A stretch of DNA of 63,984 nt, counting the filler, from Bdellovibrionota bacterium (lineage in GTDB: Bacteria > Bdellovibrionota > Bdellovibrionia > Bdellovibrionales > JAEYZS01), in NCBI GenBank assembly GCA_963169515.1. It is 6 parts of 6 records of this genome, joined end to end, with 100 filler letters (N's around TTAATTAATTAA, not from the genome) between each part and the next. Parts side by side here need not be neighbours in the genome. Positions count along the whole stretch, not along the records: positions 1 to 24,837 come from CAUJEF010000062.1; 5 more parts are not named here. One strand, written 5' to 3'. The position numbers and the translations under genes were made by a program. This document shows, piece after piece, positions 1 to 10,219 of the stretch (positions are counted from its first letter, which is position 1; each line of letters begins with the position of its first letter). The notes below the pieces were generated by a model, which saw only the letters and a program-made list of their open reading frames with translations, was not told the DNA's origin and did not search any database.

Positions 1-363
1 TCGGTGCCCACGAATGCGCCGAAGAAATGTAAATTCCGAAAGTGAGTTGCTCGATTGCTGCTGAGAAAAAGTGTCGTTACCTATTTAAATCGCTTAGGGA
101 TTTTCAATTTTTTAATTTTGAACCTGTATCGATAACACTACGAAATGTGGCGGTTACCGATACCGCCAAATATTACCATCGGTAGCGGTGACGAGCCGGG
201 TTTTGCTACCGACGCTTTTTAAAGTACGCATTTTTGTCAGACCCGCTTTTGAACTCAAAAAAGCAAAGAAAAAAGTTAACAAGGTTTTCATGACAATGGC
301 TCCTGTAGCGTTAATAGTTTTTTTTAACATTATGAAAAATTCGTGCCGTAGGATACTTTGTCT

Positions 364-393
364 CTAATCTAATCTAATCTAATCTAATCTAAT
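364..393. repeat. Pentanucleotide simple sequence repeat (CTAAT)6
   Basis: Six perfect tandem CTAAT units directly upstream of ORF 393..836. Confidence 0.95.
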
Positions 394-836
394 TGAATAT
401 CTTACACTTAATAAGTCCTATTGTGTACGAAGCCGGACTTGCTGGCTACTTAAAAGAAATTTGGGTTGCGATCTTAACGGGCACCAACGCAACAATACAA
501 TGGACAGTCAACGACGCTGATGGTCCCAAGGCCAATACCGAACTCATAAAAAATAATGAAGAAGTACAAGACAAGGGAGATAATTTTGAAAAGGGTCGAT
601 TGTTTTACGCTTATGATTCGGCTCAACAAATTTTGGACCAGTCCATTTCAGAAGAACTTGCTGGAATGGATGGAAGCCTGTGGCATCGGTTTTTGAATTC
701 TGGCTTTTTACTGAGAACTCCGGGCTGGCGATCGATGTCGAAGTTTGAAGTCTTGTTGGCGTTGAATGAGGCGAAGGTTGATCTTTGCCAGCGAGAACTG
801 AATGATCTAAAAAAATTATTGATCCAGGCAGATTAG
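393..836 (+). CDS. Hypothetical protein
   Basis: 147-aa ORF with TTG start, converging on the acyl-CoA dehydrogenase; no recognisable motif; start uncertain. Confidence 0.45.
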   Translation: MNILHLISPIVYEAGLAGYLKEIWVAILTGTNATIQWTVNDADGPKANTELIKNNEEVQDKGDNFEKGRLFYAYDSAQQILDQSISEELAGMDGSLWHRFLNSGFLLRTPGWRSMSKFEVLLALNEAKVDLCQRELNDLKKLLIQAD

Positions 837-840
837 CAAA

Positions 841-2439
841 CTATTGAATCAAGGCAAGGTTCTTTTCACACCAGAGCTTGGCTGTTAAAACATAGGCATT
901 TTCTTTGGTCACGTTTGCATGCTCAAGCAGGAGTGATGCGATAGTCAGGCGTGCCATTGAATATGCCACCCGTCGAGCTAGGCGCTCTTGCTCTGATCCG
1001 TCTTTGCGTAAAATATTTTTTAGATTTTCAGCAAACTTTTGTGCTTCATTGATAGTTTTTGAGGCGGCCTCGTTGAGCTCAGGCAAAGAAATAGATCCCA
1101 AGCGTTCATTCAGATCTTTTATGTAGGGATCTAAACAAGATTCGCGATGCAAAGCGCGCAATACATCGAGACTTAAAATGTTGGTGGTGCCTTCCCAAAT
1201 TGACAAGGTCTGTGAATTGCGGAAATGCACAGGAATGCCAGAATCTTCCATGTATCCGGCCCCGCCAAAGCTTTCCAGTAATTCGCTGGTAATCTTTAAA
1301 TTTTGTTTAGCCGTGTACAGTTTAGTAAGGGGAGTCATCACTCGCAATAGCGGTGTATGTTTTTCGCCAGCGTGTTCTGCTTGGCCAAGCAGTCGGGATA
1401 CAAAAAAAGTTAAATGGAAGGCTGCGTGGAATTCACACTGCATATCAAGCAAGGTTTGTGCGTGTAGTGGGTGATCTTTGATCGGTTTACCAAAGGCTGT
1501 GCGTTTTTTTGCATAATCTTCGGCCAATGCAAGCATATATCTGGCGGTGCCAATCGCAGCCAATGCATTATCAATGCGTGTGATGTTAAATAAGGTTGAA
1601 ATTTCTTTTACACCTTCGCCGGGCTTTCCAACTAAAGCAGCTTTCGTACCATTCAGTTTCAATTCAGCAGTGGGCAATGCCCGTGTGCCCAACTTATCTT
1701 TAAGCTTAAGAACTTTGATATTGTTAAGCTTCCCAGGCGAAGAGTAAACTTCGATGTAAAATAGGCTAATGCCCCGATTGCCTGGAATAGTTTTTCCATT
1801 TTCATCTTCAATTCTTGCCAACGTCATAGCCATTTGCGCAGTGACGGCGGAAGTGAAAAATTTTTCTCCGTAAAGGCGCCATTCACCTTTCACAAAGCGA
1901 GCAATGGTTTCTGAACCACTTACGTCAGAGCCACCACTGCGTTCTGTCATCCATTGGCCAGATGTCCAAAATTTTTTGATGTCACGGCTTGTGAGGTTTT
2001 TGTAGGCTTTGTTTTTTAAGCCCTCATCGCCATAAACCTCTATGAGTTTGGCGGCTCCATCAGTCATAGCAAGAGGGCATGTGTAATAAGCGCTGACTGG
2101 ATGGAACAAATAGGTCTTTACGTGCTGGAAAAGCCTAGAATATGGACCGTATTTGCGTTCGTAACCAATGGCGACGATGCCTTCTTCGGCAGAAATTGCA
2201 TTTAATTTTTTCCAAGCAGGGTGAACAACAACCGTGCCTTTCACGATTTTGGGTGGATGTTTTTCAGCTGCATCTGCCAAAGCGGGCAATTCTTTGATGG
2301 TGCGCTTGCCAAAGCGGGTGAGGTCTTTTGATATGTCCGTATAATCTTGCTCTGAATAAAAGCGTTTTAAGTAAGATTGCAGTAAATCATCATCTAAAAA
2401 TAAATTGCCCACATTTGGGGCTTCGCGTGGAAAGGCCAT
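841..2439 (-). CDS. Acyl-CoA dehydrogenase family protein (AidB-like)
   Basis: CPLAMTDGA, TSGQWMTERSGGSDV, KDKLGTRALPTAE, GGAGYMED, IWEGTTN motifs; start set at MAFPRE. Confidence 0.9.
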   Translation of the reverse strand: MAFPREAPNVGNLFLDDDLLQSYLKRFYSEQDYTDISKDLTRFGKRTIKELPALADAAEKHPPKIVKGTVVVHPAWKKLNAISAEEGIVAIGYERKYGPYSRLFQHVKTYLFHPVSAYYTCPLAMTDGAAKLIEVYGDEGLKNKAYKNLTSRDIKKFWTSGQWMTERSGGSDVSGSETIARFVKGEWRLYGEKFFTSAVTAQMAMTLARIEDENGKTIPGNRGISLFYIEVYSSPGKLNNIKVLKLKDKLGTRALPTAELKLNGTKAALVGKPGEGVKEISTLFNITRIDNALAAIGTARYMLALAEDYAKKRTAFGKPIKDHPLHAQTLLDMQCEFHAAFHLTFFVSRLLGQAEHAGEKHTPLLRVMTPLTKLYTAKQNLKITSELLESFGGAGYMEDSGIPVHFRNSQTLSIWEGTTNILSLDVLRALHRESCLDPYIKDLNERLGSISLPELNEAASKTINEAQKFAENLKNILRKDGSEQERLARRVAYSMARLTIASLLLEHANVTKENAYVLTAKLWCEKNLALIQ

Positions 2440-2493
2440 AAACGTATATATTTTAAATTGTCTCATTTTGAGAAGCAAATGCTAATTTTGTAT

Positions 2494-2521
2494 TCGAGGA
2501 TTTAGTCGAGTGTGCCGAAAA
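2494..2521 (+). promoter_or_regulatory. Putative sigma28 (FliA)-type promoter
   Basis: TCGAG-N15-GCCGAAAA, 15 nt upstream of ATG 2537. Confidence 0.5.
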
Positions 2522-2536
2522 GAGACTGTGGGAAAG

Positions 2537-3451
2537 ATGAAATACATTTGGGGCATCTCAGTCGCTATTGGAATGATCTTTGTTTTTAACAACTGTGGCC
2601 AAGGTTTCAAATCCGTTCAATTTAAAAATGAAAATTCCTTCGGGACGCCGGTTCCTACACAAACTCCAACGCCAAGTCCTACGCTGACAGCTACGCCACA
2701 GCCCACGGTAGCTCCAACAGCAACCCCGACCTCAACACCGGCCCGTACGCCGACCCCAACATCCACGCCGACCTCGACACCCACACCAACTCCTACACCT
2801 ACGCCGAGTTCTTCCAAGGCCGTCTACAGCACGAATTTTCCTGCATCAGAGAACCCAATTTCTGAAAGTGGGAAATGGATCAATGGCAAAGCGGTCGGTT
2901 TGAATTGGCACGATGTACAGACGATTCCTGGCAGGGCGTATGCCGCTTCGTTATCCGATGCTGAGGGATCTCGCTATGCCGATAGCATTGCCTGTATCAA
3001 TCCAGCGTTTATGACGTTTGCCCCCAACCAGTATGCAAGGGGCGTTGTGTATCGTGCGGCAAATTACAATGCCAATGGGAAACATGAAATCGAACTGCAT
3101 TTGCGTTGGCAAACTGTTGCCCGCAATGCGCGTGGGTATGAAGTTATGTGGGGAATTACGGGTTACTTAGCTATCGTTCGTTGGAATGGTTCTTTGGGCG
3201 ATTATACGACCATGTACGACAGCGGTGACCCAGGAATTGGCGCCCCGAGGGACGGAGATGTGCTGATGGTCCAGATTGCAGGAAGCACCCTTCGAGTTTA
3301 TAAAAATGGAAGCCTAGTAAACACAACAAATGTGACCGCAATTGGAAGTCCTGTGTATTCTGCGGGTCAACCTGGGATGGGTTTTTGGCCTGTTGAAAAC
3401 GCCGTTAAAGAAAGTTTTGGCTGGAAATCTTTCGAGGCTGGCGACCTTTAG
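2537..3451 (+). CDS. FNNCG-family lipoprotein with Pro/Thr stalk and beta-sandwich-like C-terminal domain (paralog A)
   Basis: MKYIWGISVAIGMIFVFNNCGQGFKS signal, (PT)n linker, Trp/Tyr/Gly-rich beta-strand domain. Confidence 0.8.
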   Translation: MKYIWGISVAIGMIFVFNNCGQGFKSVQFKNENSFGTPVPTQTPTPSPTLTATPQPTVAPTATPTSTPARTPTPTSTPTSTPTPTPTPTPSSSKAVYSTNFPASENPISESGKWINGKAVGLNWHDVQTIPGRAYAASLSDAEGSRYADSIACINPAFMTFAPNQYARGVVYRAANYNANGKHEIELHLRWQTVARNARGYEVMWGITGYLAIVRWNGSLGDYTTMYDSGDPGIGAPRDGDVLMVQIAGSTLRVYKNGSLVNTTNVTAIGSPVYSAGQPGMGFWPVENAVKESFGWKSFEAGDL

Positions 3452-3581
3452 AAAGATTGAAGCTTTCTTCCAAAGAATGATCATTCTTGAGGCCGAAGGC
3501 GCAAAAATTTCAAAAAATAAATTGTTCTCTGAAACCTATGGTCGCGATGGTAGCGTCTAAGTGCATACAGGAGGTAAATAT

Positions 3582-3950
3582 ATGGTGCATGTCAAAAACA
3601 TTAATCTGGTTGAGCCAGAGAATCCAAAAGATGAAACAGTACAGATTCACTATAAAAACTTCCCGCATAGTGCTGCTTTGCAAACGTATTTGAAAGGGAT
3701 TGTCCACGGACTTCAACACGAATCGCCCAGTGATTCTGTACTTAAAGTCAGTTTCTCAAAAACAGGGCGTGTGTTTAAGGGAATGGTTAATATTTACTCC
3801 CGTGCGGGTCGTTTTTTTGCTCGGGCTGAGGACCTCACTATCAATGCCATGAGCCATAAGCTTTTTGAGCGTGTACGCCGTCAGCTTGATAAATGGAAGG
3901 CTCAACGCTTTCGAATACATAGGGAATTAAAAGACCCTGAAATGCGCTAG
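3582..3950 (+). CDS. HPF/RaiA-like ribosome-associated protein
   Basis: IHYKNFPHSAAL start and ...KLFERVRRQLDKWK end typical of the HPF/RaiA fold; GGAGG RBS before 3582. Confidence 0.6.
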   Translation: MVHVKNINLVEPENPKDETVQIHYKNFPHSAALQTYLKGIVHGLQHESPSDSVLKVSFSKTGRVFKGMVNIYSRAGRFFARAEDLTINAMSHKLFERVRRQLDKWKAQRFRIHRELKDPEMR

Positions 3951-4006
3951 CTTGTTTATAAATATTTTCTAATGAATTATCGCTCAGAGTTTCATATCAT
4001 TTTGCT

Positions 4007-5020
4007 ATGAAATTCTTAGCGATTTTTATTTTATTAGGGAGCATTCAAACTATGGCATGGGATCCGAAATCGTTCAAAAAACCTTCGAAGGAAGAGCTTA
4101 AAAAAATACTTTCAGACGAACAATATGGTGTGACCTGCATGGATAATACCGAGCTGGCTTTTAAAAATAAGTATTGGGACAATAAAGAACCCGGTATTTA
4201 CGTGGATGTAATTTCAGGTGAACCACTGTTTAGCTCCACAGACAAATACGATTCAGGATCGGGATGGCCGAGCTTCACAAAGCCCATCGAAAAAAAATAT
4301 ATTGAAACAGAACTGGACAATAAACTCGGAATAGCTCGCACGGAAGTGCGGAGCAAGTATGGCGATGCTCATCTTGGCCACGTGTTCAATGATGGTCCAC
4401 GGGATAAGGGCGGTCTTCGATACTGTATTAATTCGGCAGCATTAAAATTTATTCCAGCAGATCGACTGGAGCAGGAAGGTTACGAAGAATACAAAAGTTT
4501 ATTTGCAAATAAAACAGAGGGTAAATCAGTTGGACGCACACAGTTTGCAACATTCGGCGCAGGGTGCTTTTGGGGGGTCGAGCATATTTTGAAAGATGTA
4601 AAAGGCGTTGTAGACGCCGTTTCTGGTTACGAGGGCGGAGAGATCGACAATCCAACTTATAACATCGTAAAAACAGGAACATCGGGATATGCGGAAGTTG
4701 TACAAGTGGAATATGATCCAAAAATTATATCTTATAAAGAGCTGCTGGGATATTTTTGGCGCTTACATGATCCCACACAAAAAAATCGTCAAGGCGTCGA
4801 CATTGGAACGCAATACCGATCTGTAATTTTCTATCGCAACGATGAACAGAGAAAAGCCGCGGAACTTTCTAAAGAGGAATTTGATAAGTCAGGCGTGTTT
4901 AAAGAGAAGGCTGCAACCCAAATAGCGCCGCACAAAAAATTTTTTAAGGCGGAAGAATATCATCAAAATTATTTCGAACGTAACGGGGGACATGTGTGCC
5001 ATGTCCTCCGACCGAAGTGA
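4007..5020 (+). CDS. msrAB: Exported bifunctional peptide methionine sulfoxide reductase (MsrB-MsrA fusion)
   Basis: MsrB motifs ([23 protein letters not shown]) followed by MsrA motif GAGCFWG and AEEYHQNY; N-terminal signal peptide. Confidence 0.95.
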   Translation: MKFLAIFILLGSIQTMAWDPKSFKKPSKEELKKILSDEQYGVTCMDNTELAFKNKYWDNKEPGIYVDVISGEPLFSSTDKYDSGSGWPSFTKPIEKKYIETELDNKLGIARTEVRSKYGDAHLGHVFNDGPRDKGGLRYCINSAALKFIPADRLEQEGYEEYKSLFANKTEGKSVGRTQFATFGAGCFWGVEHILKDVKGVVDAVSGYEGGEIDNPTYNIVKTGTSGYAEVVQVEYDPKIISYKELLGYFWRLHDPTQKNRQGVDIGTQYRSVIFYRNDEQRKAAELSKEEFDKSGVFKEKAATQIAPHKKFFKAEEYHQNYFERNGGHVCHVLRPK

Positions 5021-5022
5021 TG

Positions 5023-5742
5023 TTATAGATCAAATAATTTATTAACTGACTGGCCGTTCAAGGAACGCACTTGAATCAGGTAGCGGCCTTTTTTTAAGTT
5101 CGCGGGCAAGCTTACGGTTGTAAGTAGTGGGATGGTTATCGGCGCACAATCTCTTGCTGCGTATTCCATAATAGGAAGGATCGTAATAACATTTTCGCTT
5201 TCAACCAGAACTTTCATTTCTTTGATTTTCCAGCATGCGCTTGGAAGTAGGCCGCGAATTACAACGCCTCTTTGACCTTCGGTTACACCCAGGTGCGCAT
5301 CCTCAACAATGGCGTAGAAGTAATCATCTGGCCCTTCATCGTTTGGCGCGGCACTCGCTACGGGAAGCGTTCCGAGATATTCGCCCGATTTACCATCTGT
5401 GATTTTGTAGTTTCCATCTTTCAATAACCCAAGTTCGATGGTTTTGTTGAATGGGATTAGTACCTGCATACAATTTTGGTTGCGGTACAAGTAGGCGCGT
5501 TGCTGGACTGCGACTTTTTTTGTAGTTTCATCATATTGGATCTCTGTTGGGCCAAGTCTGTAGCAGGTATCTGGCAAGGAACCTTCGACAACGAATTGAA
5601 TACGGTCGTTACTGTCAAAACCCATAGGAATGTAGGCCTTTGTCAAAGGGATTTCCACAAGCCCAGGAAGTAGAGTTTGAGCTTGGGTTTTTGCAGATAA
5701 CATTGTTAAAACTAAAAAAAGACCAAGAAATTTTATTTTCAT
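5023..5742 (-). CDS. Secreted hypothetical protein with two similar Cys-containing domains
   Basis: Signal peptide MKIKFLGLFLVLTMLSAKTQA; GSLPDTCY and GLLPSACW repeats. Confidence 0.7.
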   Translation of the reverse strand: MKIKFLGLFLVLTMLSAKTQAQTLLPGLVEIPLTKAYIPMGFDSNDRIQFVVEGSLPDTCYRLGPTEIQYDETTKKVAVQQRAYLYRNQNCMQVLIPFNKTIELGLLKDGNYKITDGKSGEYLGTLPVASAAPNDEGPDDYFYAIVEDAHLGVTEGQRGVVIRGLLPSACWKIKEMKVLVESENVITILPIMEYAARDCAPITIPLLTTVSLPANLKKGRYLIQVRSLNGQSVNKLFDL

Positions 5743-5854
5743 TAGTGCCCCCTTAAGGTTGATGGCACTGTTGTAGTTCAAAACAGTTGTAGTGGAAACC
5801 TCATTCTAATTGACGCGCCAAGACAGTGAAAAACTGTCAAATGTGACGATTGAT

Positions 5855-6784
5855 TTAATGATCCCGCTTGCGAGTATACCCATGACCCCATTTGCGTGCG
5901 CCTGGCAGAGCCCAGAACAAAAATGGTAGCAGTAAGCGACGTGGTAGGATTCGTCGAATATAGTAAAAAATAAAAGCATCAAAGGTCGCAGGGATCCACA
6001 GCGGCGGATTTTCAGTGCGAATTACTTTGAGTATGAGTTTTGCGATTTTATCGGGTGTGGCCCAGCTTAGTTTCATGAGCTTTTCGATAAACGGAGTCAT
6101 GTTTGCATAATAATCGGAATAGGGGCCGGAGCTGCTTTCTTCAGGTTTTGAATATTCAGTATAGTGAACCTTTTTAAAAGATTGAGAGTGAATAAATCCC
6201 GGCTGCACGAGGGTCACGTTTATTCCCAAGGGTTTGGTTTCGTACCACAGGGCTTCGCTCATGCCCTCAAGGGCATATTTTGAAGCAGTATAAGACGCCA
6301 TAGTCGGCATTGCCAACATTCCGCTCACTGATGATATATTAATAATTTTTCCACGCCCTTTTTCGCGCATATAAGGCAAAACCGCGCGAATTAATCCAAC
6401 GGGCCCCAAATAATTTGTCGTCATTTGTGCAAATTCATCCGCGTCGGTCATGTGTTCCACAACTGAACGATATGTTATTCCGGCATTATTAATCAGAATG
6501 TTTATTCCACCCCATTTTTTTGAAATTTCTTGAATTAAGCTATTGCGTGACTTTTCATCCGTGACGTCAAGCGTGCGAATAAGAAAGCGTTCGCTTTCTT
6601 GAAATTTATCATGAAGCATTTTAATAGATTCTTTTCGAGCAGTTATTATAACCCGATAGTCCTTAATTTTATTTAGCTGCTTAGCAGTTGCTAAGCCAAT
6701 TCCTGACGAGCATCCTGTGATTAAAATGACAGGCTTGAATGTTTGCTGGGTTTTACGTTTAAAATAGTACCAAAGGTGAAGCAT
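5855..6784 (-). CDS. SDR family oxidoreductase
   Basis: TGCSSGIG, INNAG and catalytic YTASK motifs. Confidence 0.92.
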   Translation of the reverse strand: MLHLWYYFKRKTQQTFKPVILITGCSSGIGLATAKQLNKIKDYRVIITARKESIKMLHDKFQESERFLIRTLDVTDEKSRNSLIQEISKKWGGINILINNAGITYRSVVEHMTDADEFAQMTTNYLGPVGLIRAVLPYMREKGRGKIINISSVSGMLAMPTMASYTASKYALEGMSEALWYETKPLGINVTLVQPGFIHSQSFKKVHYTEYSKPEESSSGPYSDYYANMTPFIEKLMKLSWATPDKIAKLILKVIRTENPPLWIPATFDAFIFYYIRRILPRRLLLPFLFWALPGARKWGHGYTRKRDH

Positions 6785-6794
6785 AAGATTTGAG

Positions 6795-7484
6795 CTATGC
6801 AGCTGTATCTTTCTTTTTGAAAAGCCAAAGGCGGATGAACTGAAGCTCTTTTTCGCTCAAACCTACAAAGTGTCCGTGGATTATAAACATTTGTGAATTA
6901 GTATCTTGTAGGGTACAGTTTGTTATTCTTAATGTTGGTATCTCGATACCGATTAATTTGAAAAGCTCGCAATCGACTTGGACTTTGAATCCGATTGGCA
7001 TTTGTAGTGTCGTTGTCAGTGTCATACCCATTTCGGAAATAGAGACCACTTGGGTGTTTCCCATCCACTTTGCGTCGAAGTGTACTGGGCAATCATAAAA
7101 ACCGGCAGAACTGGTGCTGCGTTTGCTCAACAGGCCTTTAACTTTACCCATAAGAATATCGGGATCAATTGGCTTTACAACGTAATCGTCAGCGCCGGCT
7201 TCAACGCTACGTTGAACGTCTTTTTTCTCGCGTCGGCCTGTCACCATGATAATTCCAAGCTTTGCGTATTTACCGTCGTTGCGGACCGTTTTAATTAAAT
7301 CATATCCAGATATTCCGGGCATGACGGCATCAGTGATCATGAGGTCAATGGGTTGGGTCTTTAGATACTCCATAGCATCGTAAAAATTTGTTGCAGTTAC
7401 GACGACGTGATCGTGTTTGGTGAGAATGCTATCCAGTGCGAGCAGGGCGGATTTTTGATCATCTACAACTAATATTCGTGCCAC
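6795..7484 (-). CDS. Response regulator (REC plus PilZ-like C-terminal domain)
   Basis: ILVVDD, ITDAVMP, VVKP receiver motifs; C-terminal SISEMG beta-barrel signature. Confidence 0.85.
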   Translation of the reverse strand: MARILVVDDQKSALLALDSILTKHDHVVVTATNFYDAMEYLKTQPIDLMITDAVMPGISGYDLIKTVRNDGKYAKLGIIMVTGRREKKDVQRSVEAGADDYVVKPIDPDILMGKVKGLLSKRSTSSAGFYDCPVHFDAKWMGNTQVVSISEMGMTLTTTLQMPIGFKVQVDCELFKLIGIEIPTLRITNCTLQDTNSQMFIIHGHFVGLSEKELQFIRLWLFKKKDTAA

Positions 7485-7507
7485 CTTACCGACTCCTTTA
7501 CCTATCT

Positions 7508-7535
7508 AAATCGGAAGTCCAGTCACGCCGCTTTA
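7508..7535 (-). promoter_or_regulatory. Putative sigma28-type promoter
   Basis: TAAAG-N15-TCCGATTT on the minus strand upstream of the response regulator. Confidence 0.5.
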
Positions 7536-10114
7536 CGGGACTTAAGCTGGGACTCTAACAATTCTTTTTTTGCCTTTTCGTACTCTAATTCGATCACGCT
7601 GATTTTTTCAAAAATGTTTTCTGGGATTGCTTCAAAGCGCTCCACCATTTGGCATAATTGGGCCAGTCTCATTGCGCCGAGGGTCGCACTGCTCGACTTA
7701 AATCCATGTGCCGCTTGCGTTAGACTGTTTAGATCAGAATTCTGGGCCGCAGTCCGCAGTTCTTCGATGGATTTAGGACCGGATTTCACGTATTCATCTA
7801 TCAGGATAGAAACTAGACTTTGGTCTTTAACGTCGTATTCAGATAATTTGTCTAGCGCCGTAAAATCGATCGTTTCGTCTTTTTTCGAAAGCCATTTTTT
7901 TATTATGTCGGCAAGCTTTGCAAATTCAAGCGGCTTACTAAGAAAATCGTCCATTCCGACCTGAAGGCACTTATTTCTTTCGCCACTTGAGCCTTCTGCC
8001 GTCAGTGCAATAATCGGTGTGCGTTGATTTGTTTCAGTTTCAAGTTCGCGAATTTTGAGTGTTGCGTTGTACCCATTCATCACGGGCATTTGGCAGTCCA
8101 TGAAAATCATGTCGTATTTCGCTTTTCTTGCTAATTCGACGGCTTCCAGACCGTTTTCTGCCATTTCCGGATGCAGTCCCATTTTCTCTAAAAATTTCAA
8201 AGCAACTTGCTGGTTCACGGGTTGATCCTCAACAACAAGTATGCGGCCCACAAACGAAGCGGCGACAATTCCTGTTGATTTTTCAACGTGTTCAAGGTGC
8301 TCAACCTTTTCGGCTTCAATTTCAAACCAAAATGTAGAACCCACGCCGGGTTCACTGATCACGCCAATGTCACCGGACATCATCTGAACAAGGTCTTTAC
8401 AAATTGCAAGTCCCAATCCTGTTCCGCCATACGCCATGCCTTCTTGTGTTTGACCGTAGTGTGTGAAAAGATTTTTTTTGTCGGCGTCTTTTAACCCAAT
8501 ACCGGTGTCATGGACCTCAAAACGAAATCGAATTTTGTTTTCGATTTGCTTTATATTTTGAATTTTTAGAACAACACTGCCTTTTTGAGTAAATTTGATA
8601 GCATTACCCAAAAGATTTACTATGATTTGTCTGATTCTTCCTCGATCAGCCCTCACGTGCCAAGGATCATCTTGTTCCAATTTCAATTCAAAATTCAAAT
8701 TTTTTTCGCTTGCTGTGAACCTAAAGGTTTCGAAGGTGTCTTGAATCAGTTTTTTTAGATCGAATTCGTGCAATTCAAGTACAAGTTTTCCAGCCTCGAT
8801 TTTCGAGTGATCTAAAATTCCATTGATCAAGGTCAATAACGATTCAGCTGATTTTTTAATTGTCGTGGCGAACTCGGACTGTTCTGCTTCAAGCTTTGTA
8901 TCCAACAGTAGAGTCGACATGCCAATAATACCGTTCATCGGCGTACGGATTTCGTGGCTCATAGTCGCTAGGAACTCTGATTTTAATCGCGAGCTTTCAA
9001 TTGCCGCTTCCCGAGCGCGTTGCCAAGCTTCTTCTGTTGATTTTCTTTTTCCGATGTCGCGGAATACGGTAAAAGTTCCGGTGATTTCACCAGTGTGCGT
9101 AGTGATCGGACCGGCATTGACGCTGATCATGGTGCCTGCGGGGTTAAACTTATTTACAATTTTCATTTCTTCGTCTTGCGTATCGATCCCATTGATAGAG
9201 CGTTCAAACGGCAGTTCGTGGGAATCATAAAGCTTGCCCGTATCAATTTTGTAAAACCCCAATTTTTCTGCGCGGTCCTGTGGTGGTACACGGGAGGATC
9301 CGGGGCCTAAAATTCTTTCTGCGGCGGGATTAATATGTGTGAAGGAGCCCTTTTCGTTTGTGACCACCAGTCCATCGCTCATGCTGTTGATAATTGAATT
9401 CAGCACTTGCGTTTGCTGCTGTAATTCATCGCGAGATCGTTCCAACATACGTGCATGATCTTGAACGCGAAGGTCCTGTTCCTTGAGATCTTTAATATCC
9501 TGTTTAATGACGCTGCGACCAAGCATAATCAAGCTCAAAACAAATACACAACCCAAGATAAGAAGTAAGGCAATGCTTCGGCCCGCAGATTCACCCATTG
9601 CGATATCTTCTGCAAGAAGGGCCTTTTCGTCTTGTTCAATTTCCAGAGAAAGCTTACGGATCTGCTCCGTGATTTCGTTGCCCGCGTCTTGTGGGACAAG
9701 CTCTGTTGCGACAAGGGTAGATCCAAGCTGATCTTGTTTCATCACGGTATCCATTTTTTCAACCCGTGTTTTAATCAGTGAACGCAGTCGGTTTAACCGT
9801 TCGAGTTGAACCTCATTGTCAGTCAGCAAGGCATCTAATGCCTTCATCTTTGCATTCAATTCGGCGACAGAATTTTTATATGGGGTGAAAAAGTCGGCGT
9901 TGCCGGAAATAGCGTAACCTCGCTGACTGGTCTCGGCGCGTTCAACAAGCACAATGGTGCTGTACAGCTCAGACAAAACCATATTGGAGCGTTCGATGGA
10001 TTTTGAAATGCTCATGAATTGAGTAGCGTTTATGTAAATCGATCCGACCATGACCACAAAGATCAAAATACCTATTTCAAAGCCGACATCTTTGACGTAC
10101 TGCTTGAGATTCAT
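7523..10114 (-). CDS. Hybrid sensor histidine kinase (CHASE3-PAS-HisKA-HATPase-REC-Hpt)
   Basis: AETSQRGY (CHASE3), MSHEIRTPMNG, NLLGNAIKFT, GGTGLGL, IFMDCQMP, AHGFKSSS (Hpt). Confidence 0.95.
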   Translation of the reverse strand: MNLKQYVKDVGFEIGILIFVVMVGSIYINATQFMSISKSIERSNMVLSELYSTIVLVERAETSQRGYAISGNADFFTPYKNSVAELNAKMKALDALLTDNEVQLERLNRLRSLIKTRVEKMDTVMKQDQLGSTLVATELVPQDAGNEITEQIRKLSLEIEQDEKALLAEDIAMGESAGRSIALLLILGCVFVLSLIMLGRSVIKQDIKDLKEQDLRVQDHARMLERSRDELQQQTQVLNSIINSMSDGLVVTNEKGSFTHINPAAERILGPGSSRVPPQDRAEKLGFYKIDTGKLYDSHELPFERSINGIDTQDEEMKIVNKFNPAGTMISVNAGPITTHTGEITGTFTVFRDIGKRKSTEEAWQRAREAAIESSRLKSEFLATMSHEIRTPMNGIIGMSTLLLDTKLEAEQSEFATTIKKSAESLLTLINGILDHSKIEAGKLVLELHEFDLKKLIQDTFETFRFTASEKNLNFELKLEQDDPWHVRADRGRIRQIIVNLLGNAIKFTQKGSVVLKIQNIKQIENKIRFRFEVHDTGIGLKDADKKNLFTHYGQTQEGMAYGGTGLGLAICKDLVQMMSGDIGVISEPGVGSTFWFEIEAEKVEHLEHVEKSTGIVAASFVGRILVVEDQPVNQQVALKFLEKMGLHPEMAENGLEAVELARKAKYDMIFMDCQMPVMNGYNATLKIRELETETNQRTPIIALTAEGSSGERNKCLQVGMDDFLSKPLEFAKLADIIKKWLSKKDETIDFTALDKLSEYDVKDQSLVSILIDEYVKSGPKSIEELRTAAQNSDLNSLTQAAHGFKSSSATLGAMRLAQLCQMVERFEAIPENIFEKISVIELEYEKAKKELLESQLKSRKAA

Positions 10115-10219
10115 AAGCTTTTTTCGGTTTTTTTCGAATTATTTTTGATCTTAATGTATAAAAGCTAGCCCTGGCCTTAAGGGCAGTATACAGTACTAGT
10201 GAAATTGTCAGGGGGGATC

